64,000 nucleotides of DNA, taken from Candidatus Latescibacterota bacterium. GTDB lineage: Bacteria; Latescibacterota; UBA2968. A program made the translations under genes and the position numbers. The notes under the pieces were generated by a model. The model had not been told where the DNA came from. It ran no database searches and worked only from the letters and a program-made list of their open reading frames with translations. Where the stretch lies: NCBI GenBank assembly GCA_965207885.1, contig OZ242311.1, forward strand, positions 5,696,001-5,760,000. The letters are read 5' to 3'. Shown here piece by piece: positions 58,498-64,000 of this stretch (position 1 is the first letter of the stretch; every line of letters begins with the position of its first letter).

Positions 58498-59235
58498 ATG
58501 AAATCCCAACGCCTAAATTTGTGCTACCACATTATTTGGCAAGGACGCTGGCATGTTGGCAGCGGCTATCAGTCGGCAGTGGCGGACCGCTTGTTGCGAC
58601 GACTACCCAATAATGCACCATTTGTTCCTGGCTCTCAGATCAAAGGTGTTCTGCGCCATCAATGCGAGCGGTTGGCACTGGCCCTTGATCTCAAAGTGAT
58701 CAATCCCCATGCTGGCATTGAAGAAGACGAACAAAATCTGATCAAGCATTTTACGCCGTTAAAAAAATCGGACCTGATGGTCGATAGGTTATTTGGCAGT
58801 CGCTATCAGGGAGAGTGCCTATTTGTGACGAATGCGGTGCCGATGTCGTCTGCAGAGAAAAGTATGACTTCCGTACAGGCACGCACAGCCATTGATCGCG
58901 TCACGGGGACTGTGATGGAACAACACTTGTTTACAACTGAATTGACAGAGGGTGATGTCAACTTGCGAGGAAAAATACGCGCACGGCATCCTGCTGGTGT
59001 TCTGACACAAGATGAAGATGGCTTTCCTTGGGAGTATGCCCTTTTGATAGCAACCCTGCTGTCGCTGGATGCTCTCGGCGGCGATAAGAGTCTTGGCCTC
59101 GGGCGGTGTGAGGTCCAAATCGAACCAGAGTCGTTGTATTGGAACGACCAACGCATTTCGTTAGATGAAGCTCTTCAAAGTTTTCAAGAGGAAGACTGGG
59201 GCGAGTGGGTAGATATTTTGCGTGAGGAGTCATGA
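58498..59235 (+). CDS. cas7: Cas7-group RAMP (Csm3-like)
   Basis: WHVGSG, PFVPGSQIKGVLR, RLFGS, TAIDRVTG, LGGDKSLGLG. Confidence 0.85.
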   Translation: MKSQRLNLCYHIIWQGRWHVGSGYQSAVADRLLRRLPNNAPFVPGSQIKGVLRHQCERLALALDLKVINPHAGIEEDEQNLIKHFTPLKKSDLMVDRLFGSRYQGECLFVTNAVPMSSAEKSMTSVQARTAIDRVTGTVMEQHLFTTELTEGDVNLRGKIRARHPAGVLTQDEDGFPWEYALLIATLLSLDALGGDKSLGLGRCEVQIEPESLYWNDQRISLDEALQSFQEEDWGEWVDILREES

Positions 59236-60482
59236 TGAGAAAAAAAATACCTTTGACAGCACAATTACTTGCGCCAGTAGCTATCAAACGCGATCGACAA
59301 TCCGAACGTTCTGGAGGCGTGCATTCTATGGCTGGTACGATGGTTCGCGGTGCCCTAGCTGCTCTCTATTTACAGCATCATGGAGAAGTAGATGATACCT
59401 TCAATCATTTGTTCTTAGATGAGAATTCATGTCGATTTGGACCATTGGACCCCGGTCCGCGCTGCTTCCCATTAACTACCGCGGAGTGCAAACGGGAAGG
59501 AATAAAACATGCCCTCGTGGACCAACTGTGGTTTCGGATCGCCCAACACTACCTGACTGGCAGTGTGCCAGATAATGCCGAAACGCCCTGGCGTCAATGT
59601 GACATATGTAAAGCCGACTTGAAGAACCTGAACGGCTTTTGGGAAAAAGAAAACGGTCGTCTGCAGGAAAAAAGTAATGAGCGGCAACAGGTCGCCGCCC
59701 ATGTTGGCATTGACCGTCACACCACCACCGCGGCGGAATCAATATTGTACACCCTTGAAGCCTTACAGCCTTCCGGTCAAGAGGAAGACCTGTACGGCTG
59801 GCTCATGGCTGACGACGATGCGCTTACTGCCTTGAAACAACTCTTGCAGAATGAAGATTACCGCATCTCGGTGGGCCACCATCGCACGCGCGGTTACGGA
59901 GATCTGCGCTTACAGTTGGGCAATCCTGTGGAGAAGAATGATTCACAGCCGCGCATAGAAGATTGGGAACAATGGAGCCGCGATCTGATTGCGTTTCTGA
60001 GTTCACCGCCGCTTTCCATTCCCGATCTCGATCCAGATGATTTTTACTTTAGTTTGTCGTTTCCCACTGGCGCAGTGTTTGTGGACCGCTTTCTGTGTTA
60101 TACTCTCGATCCAGCAGACCTGATTTCATGGTTGTCGCCTATGCCTTCTGCAGATGCCGCGTTTCCAATTCAGAATCGTCCGACCCGACAACTCGCATCA
60201 GGGGGCACAATGTGCTGGATCGCTGCCGTAACCCGACATGAGCGTTTGCGCGGCTGGAATGCAGCTCACGGCTTGCCGCGTCAGGATGAATGGGCCGTAG
60301 TACGAGGGTCAGTCTATGTTTACCGCTTTACAGGCACGGCCACAGAACGCGAGACACTCATTGAACAACTTGCAACCTTGTCCGAAGAAGGCGTCGGTCT
60401 GCGGCGCAATGAAGGCTTTGGCATGGTGATCGTGTCCGATGATTTCCATCGCCAATTTTGCAAACAGGAGGTGCAATCGTGA
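59232..60482 (+). CDS. csx10: Csx10 (Cas5-group RAMP of type III-D)
   Basis: GTMVRGALA, HVGIDR, VG..RTRGYG, GWN....PR, GSVY, GVGLRRNEGFG. Confidence 0.8.
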   Translation: MMRKKIPLTAQLLAPVAIKRDRQSERSGGVHSMAGTMVRGALAALYLQHHGEVDDTFNHLFLDENSCRFGPLDPGPRCFPLTTAECKREGIKHALVDQLWFRIAQHYLTGSVPDNAETPWRQCDICKADLKNLNGFWEKENGRLQEKSNERQQVAAHVGIDRHTTTAAESILYTLEALQPSGQEEDLYGWLMADDDALTALKQLLQNEDYRISVGHHRTRGYGDLRLQLGNPVEKNDSQPRIEDWEQWSRDLIAFLSSPPLSIPDLDPDDFYFSLSFPTGAVFVDRFLCYTLDPADLISWLSPMPSADAAFPIQNRPTRQLASGGTMCWIAAVTRHERLRGWNAAHGLPRQDEWAVVRGSVYVYRFTGTATERETLIEQLATLSEEGVGLRRNEGFGMVIVSDDFHRQFCKQEVQS

Positions 60483-60904
60483 TCGTCTTGAACACCGGTT
60501 TGATCCAAAAAGTTGATCTCTACATTGACGAGAACCATAAAACATTTTCAGAACTGGGAGATCGTTTCTTTGACGTATTTAGCTATGACAAACGGAATGA
60601 TCGCATTAATACGCAAATCCGGAATCTGCAACAAATTACCTGCTCCGCTACGCGCTTTGCGGATATCGAAGATTTTGTAAAAAACCAAATGGGAAAAGAA
60701 GAAACTAAAGACCCCAAATGGAAGAAAGTGGGAGACAGCACCTTAAAAAAATTAAAGGAGTTGCGCGACAAAAGCCAGGAATTTGATTCCGATCCCGCTA
60801 ACCAGATGGCACTGCGTCTCCGTCTCGCTCGTGGTTGGGTGCGTGCCGTAGTCAGTCAGTATCTCTATCGCGTTGCATGCGATCAAATGGGAGAGAGGCC
60901 ATGA
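60479..60904 (+). CDS. Cas11/Csm2-like small subunit
   Basis: Helical; TQIRNL, FVKNQMGK, W; position within the effector operon. Confidence 0.6.
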   Translation: MIVLNTGLIQKVDLYIDENHKTFSELGDRFFDVFSYDKRNDRINTQIRNLQQITCSATRFADIEDFVKNQMGKEETKDPKWKKVGDSTLKKLKELRDKSQEFDSDPANQMALRLRLARGWVRAVVSQYLYRVACDQMGERP

Positions 60905-61422
60905 CATGCGTTGATTTACTATCTGATACCACCTACTGTGAACAGGCTGTTCAACAACTGGATCGACTATTGGGTGACATGAATCAATTCCCCGTAAAGC
61001 GCACGCAGATCTACGGCCTGCGACAAATCGCCCAGCAACAGCCCAGAGAAATTCAAGGATTTGCCAATCATCAGCGCGAGCGTGCCCAGCGCAAGCAGGA
61101 AAACGCCTCCGAAAACACCAAACCGAGATACCAGCCTGAAATCGATTTCTGGGCTCTGGTGGCCGATTTGTGCAGCAATTCGAGTTCTAATTGGTCTGTG
61201 GAAGAGGAAGGACACACCCATCTTCCTGAAGAACTACAAAATATTCCGGCAAGGCGGAAAGGCATGTCACATGAGGAACAACGGTATTTAAACGAACTCA
61301 AGAGGCATCGAAGGGAATTACTCGAACAATGGACAAACGAGCATATTCCAGCGTTTTTTGAACGGTTTTGTACACACGCTTTATACCGCTTGGGAAAGCA
61401 AAAAAACTCGAAAAAGGAGTAA
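60901..61422 (+). CDS. Second small helical protein, possibly Cas11-like
   Basis: TQIYGLRQ, FANHQ, FW; ATGA-coupled to the upstream gene. Confidence 0.5.
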   Translation: MTCVDLLSDTTYCEQAVQQLDRLLGDMNQFPVKRTQIYGLRQIAQQQPREIQGFANHQRERAQRKQENASENTKPRYQPEIDFWALVADLCSNSSSNWSVEEEGHTHLPEELQNIPARRKGMSHEEQRYLNELKRHRRELLEQWTNEHIPAFFERFCTHALYRLGKQKNSKKE

Positions 61423-61425
61423 AAC

Positions 61426-62277
61426 ATGACGAATGACGATGCATTGGCTGCCAGTTTTGGATTGAGACAAAAGATCCGACTTACTGCATCTCTTGTGTTT
61501 GATACTGCATGGCGCATTGGATCTGGTAAAGAGGGCGAAACCATGAGTGATTTGGGTGTGGTGCTTGATCCTATAGGTCAACCGGTGCTTCCAGGTTCCT
61601 CTCTCAAGGGAAAATTGCGAAGCACCTGTGAAACTCTGTCACATGCGCTTGGGTTGAGAGCCTGCATGTTGAATCACAACGCAAGCGGTGTCAAATGCAC
61701 AAGTGATGTGAACTATTATCGCACTGTTCGTGAAACATATCAGGAAGCATTGCAAAAGGGGTTACAGGATCGCCTGCAATGGATTGAAGAGAACACCTGC
61801 GACGTGTGTAAATTATTCGGATCACCAATGCAGGCAAGCCGGCTTTGTATAAGCGATGGCCTGCTTAAAGAATGGGCCTCTATTGTGCAAGTACGCGATG
61901 GCGTCGTGATTGACCGCGATAGCCAGACAGCTGTCAATGGTCTTAAATACGACTATGAAGTTGTTCCGCCCGGTAGCCGATTTAAAATTTGTATTGATCT
62001 CGAAAACCCAACTGACCAGGATGTGGCCTTACTCGGTGCCGCTTTATTTGAATGGCACTCTGGTAGCAGTATTGGAGGTTTTACAAGCCGTGGACTTGGA
62101 CGCTTTCATCTGGAGGATATTCAGCTTGTCGGTGTTGACATGGCCGACAGTGAGCAACGCATGAAGTTCCTGACCGGGAAAAAGGCTAAAGATCGTCTTT
62201 CTGATTGGGACAGTTGGGATATCTACTTCACCAGGTACATCAAACAGCAATTAGAACCTGATACTCAGGAGGATTAA
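61426..62277 (+). CDS. cas7: Cas7-group RAMP (Csx7-like)
   Basis: WRIGSG, PVLPGSSLKGKLRS, CDVCKLFGS, RDGVVIDR, IGGFTSRGLG. Confidence 0.88.
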   Translation: MTNDDALAASFGLRQKIRLTASLVFDTAWRIGSGKEGETMSDLGVVLDPIGQPVLPGSSLKGKLRSTCETLSHALGLRACMLNHNASGVKCTSDVNYYRTVRETYQEALQKGLQDRLQWIEENTCDVCKLFGSPMQASRLCISDGLLKEWASIVQVRDGVVIDRDSQTAVNGLKYDYEVVPPGSRFKICIDLENPTDQDVALLGAALFEWHSGSSIGGFTSRGLGRFHLEDIQLVGVDMADSEQRMKFLTGKKAKDRLSDWDSWDIYFTRYIKQQLEPDTQED

Positions 62278-62279
62278 CC

Positions 62280-63236
62280 ATGTTGCGGAAATGGCTTTGT
62301 CAAGCCGATGTAAAAATTGCCATCGAACCGGTTGATCCGGTGTTGATTAAGAGCGGCTATGCTACCAGAGATGGTGCAGATATGGTGCCAGTATCAACAT
62401 TTAGAAATGAGGAGAGAATCTATTACTTTCCAGGAACATCTCTCAAAGGCGTGTTGCGTAGCCATTTGGAGCGAATTGCCCGTACCTTGCAGCAAGGTAG
62501 TGTGTGTATTCCCTACTATCGAAATAACAGCACCCCAATACCTGTTGCAGCGGAACAGCACGCCCATGGCTGCGGATTTCGTTCACGAGGTGGAAGGAAT
62601 GGAGAGGCTACATCGGCCAGGTACGCGGATTCGTGCGCCATATGTCGGTTGTTTGGCTCACTGAAATTTGGCGGACGTTTTAGCGTTGGAGATGCCTACC
62701 CCTTGCCGGACCATAAACCCACTTTAGAATCGCGCAACGGAGTGGGTATTGACCGTTTTACAGGTGGATCGGTATCAGGTGCTTTGTTTGACCTGCAAGT
62801 TCTGGTCGGCGGTAAATTTGAAGCAAATCTACGGTTGACAAATTTTGAACTCTGGCAATTGACCGCTCTCAATCTATTGCTTGCCGATCTACAAGATGAG
62901 ATGATTACCATAGGTTCGGGACGAAGTAGAGGTCTCGGGCGCGTGCGCGGCACTGTCACTTCGTATTCTTTAACCTATGTACAGGAGGAAAGTCATCTCG
63001 AAGGTTTATATCAACTCGCAACCTCGGAGGAGCAGCAAGCCTACCGGTTGCACGACTGGAAGCCCGATAGTCCGATTGAGCTATCAACGCCTGAGTCGCA
63101 TGGTTTGCGGCAGGAATACGATCTGAGTTCCGATTGGCTCCAGCATTTGCAACCGCTCGTTCCAGCCTTTGAGGCATTTTTGCGGTGGCACGGCGGACCT
63201 CAAGGGCAGATATCCCAACAAGGGGATAGGTCATGA
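62280..63236 (+). CDS. cas7: Cas7-group RAMP
   Basis: PVLIKSG, YFPGTSLKGVLRS, CAICRLFGS, RNGVGIDRFTGG, IGSGRSRGLG. Confidence 0.88.
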   Translation: MLRKWLCQADVKIAIEPVDPVLIKSGYATRDGADMVPVSTFRNEERIYYFPGTSLKGVLRSHLERIARTLQQGSVCIPYYRNNSTPIPVAAEQHAHGCGFRSRGGRNGEATSARYADSCAICRLFGSLKFGGRFSVGDAYPLPDHKPTLESRNGVGIDRFTGGSVSGALFDLQVLVGGKFEANLRLTNFELWQLTALNLLLADLQDEMITIGSGRSRGLGRVRGTVTSYSLTYVQEESHLEGLYQLATSEEQQAYRLHDWKPDSPIELSTPESHGLRQEYDLSSDWLQHLQPLVPAFEAFLRWHGGPQGQISQQGDRS

Positions 63237-63826
63237 CTACCTTCTTAAAAACGGCGGATTTGACACCAGATCAGTTTCTCGATCTGATTACCAATCTCGA
63301 CCACGATGACACACCCCAGCAACGGATCTGGCTGGAAACACCTGATGGTTGGGCCTTCAATTGGTGGTGCGGCCTGGCTGGCGACCTCTCTTGGTGTGGT
63401 GCAGGCCGCGAGCCGGTTGAAAAATCTGCCCGTGATTGTCTGACCCGATCTACCTCCGGGCGATTGTTTGCGCCTGACGGTGAACTGCGCTGGCGCGTTA
63501 TTCCCTCTCTGGGGGAATCGTGCTGGCGTACCGTTTTCCTCGGTAACGCCGATTGGGTGGGTACTGCATTAAACGACTACTCAGATAAACTACATGATCT
63601 GCATCCACATCAGGACAGCTTTTTTTTGTGGGGCCAGCAAACCGATGAGACACCGAATGAGTGGATTGAACTACGTATTCCACATCGCTTCAATTATCCG
63701 ATTAGCGATAACCCTCGCAGCGTGAGCGTTGTTGTTGAGCAGTGGAGCGACGATGCCGGTGAGCCTCACTTTGTCCGATTGTGTGATCTCAAACCCTATC
63801 AGGAGAACAGTGATGCCGCAAGGTGA
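63233..63826 (+). CDS. csx19: Csx19 (type III-D)
   Basis: GRLFAPDGELRWR, FLWG, ELRIP, FVRL; position before the large Cas7. Confidence 0.7.
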   Translation: MTTFLKTADLTPDQFLDLITNLDHDDTPQQRIWLETPDGWAFNWWCGLAGDLSWCGAGREPVEKSARDCLTRSTSGRLFAPDGELRWRVIPSLGESCWRTVFLGNADWVGTALNDYSDKLHDLHPHQDSFFLWGQQTDETPNEWIELRIPHRFNYPISDNPRSVSVVVEQWSDDAGEPHFVRLCDLKPYQENSDAAR

Positions 63827-64000
63827 AAATTTCTGGAATCCTTATCGCTGGGTTACCATCAGCGATCAACCCGTCGAATACGACGACCTACCTTATCAAC
63901 ATGTAGTGAACGACCTTTCCGGCCGTATCTGGTGCGAACTTGAAGCCCTGACGCCATTCATCGTCGGTGACGGACATGGAATGTTTGTCAAGCATTCCCA
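63813..64000 (+). CDS. Large Cas7-with-insertion RAMP of type III-D (5' part; runs off right edge)
   Basis: Manual translation MPQGENFWNPYRWV...LSGRIWCELEALTPFIVG; FxNPY and L.TP motifs. Confidence 0.75.
   Translation, partial: MPQGENFWNPYRWVTISDQPVEYDDLPYQHVVNDLSGRIWCELEALTPFIVGDGHGMFVKHS

Overview
Bacterial chromosomal window. Core metabolic and carbohydrate/sulfate-scavenging genes (sulfatases, GH2, sugar isomerases, SDRs, dgoD, rhaB, gltA, msrP) alternate with accessory DNA. Notable content: (1) a selenocysteine locus (Sec-containing selD, tRNA-Sec, a UGC-motif thioredoxin-like selenoprotein) plus a distant deiodinase-like selenoprotein. The ORF track splits or truncates all three selenoproteins at in-frame UGA codons, and each UGA is followed by a near-identically positioned SECIS-like hairpin. 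(2) A toxin-antitoxin cluster at 13.9-15.7 kb made mostly of orphan antitoxins, next to a HEPN-motif gene. (3) A defence island at about 33.7-46.1 kb with three DNA methyltransferases, a RecD2-like helicase-nuclease, a GHKL ATPase-HEPN fusion and a putative restriction enzyme. (4) The start of a type III-D CRISPR-Cas operon (cas6, DUF1232, Cami1-like CARF-RelE, HD-less cas10, RAMPs, csx19) running off the right edge, with no CRISPR array in the window. The standout candidate system is a CARF (NE0113/SSO2081-like)-sigma54 enhancer-binding protein fusion lying just upstream of a palindromic UAS-like site and a consensus sigma54 -24/-12 promoter in front of cas6. This suggests cyclic-oligoadenylate-triggered transcriptional feedback on the cas operon. 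All calls come from reading motifs by eye; no database searches were run.
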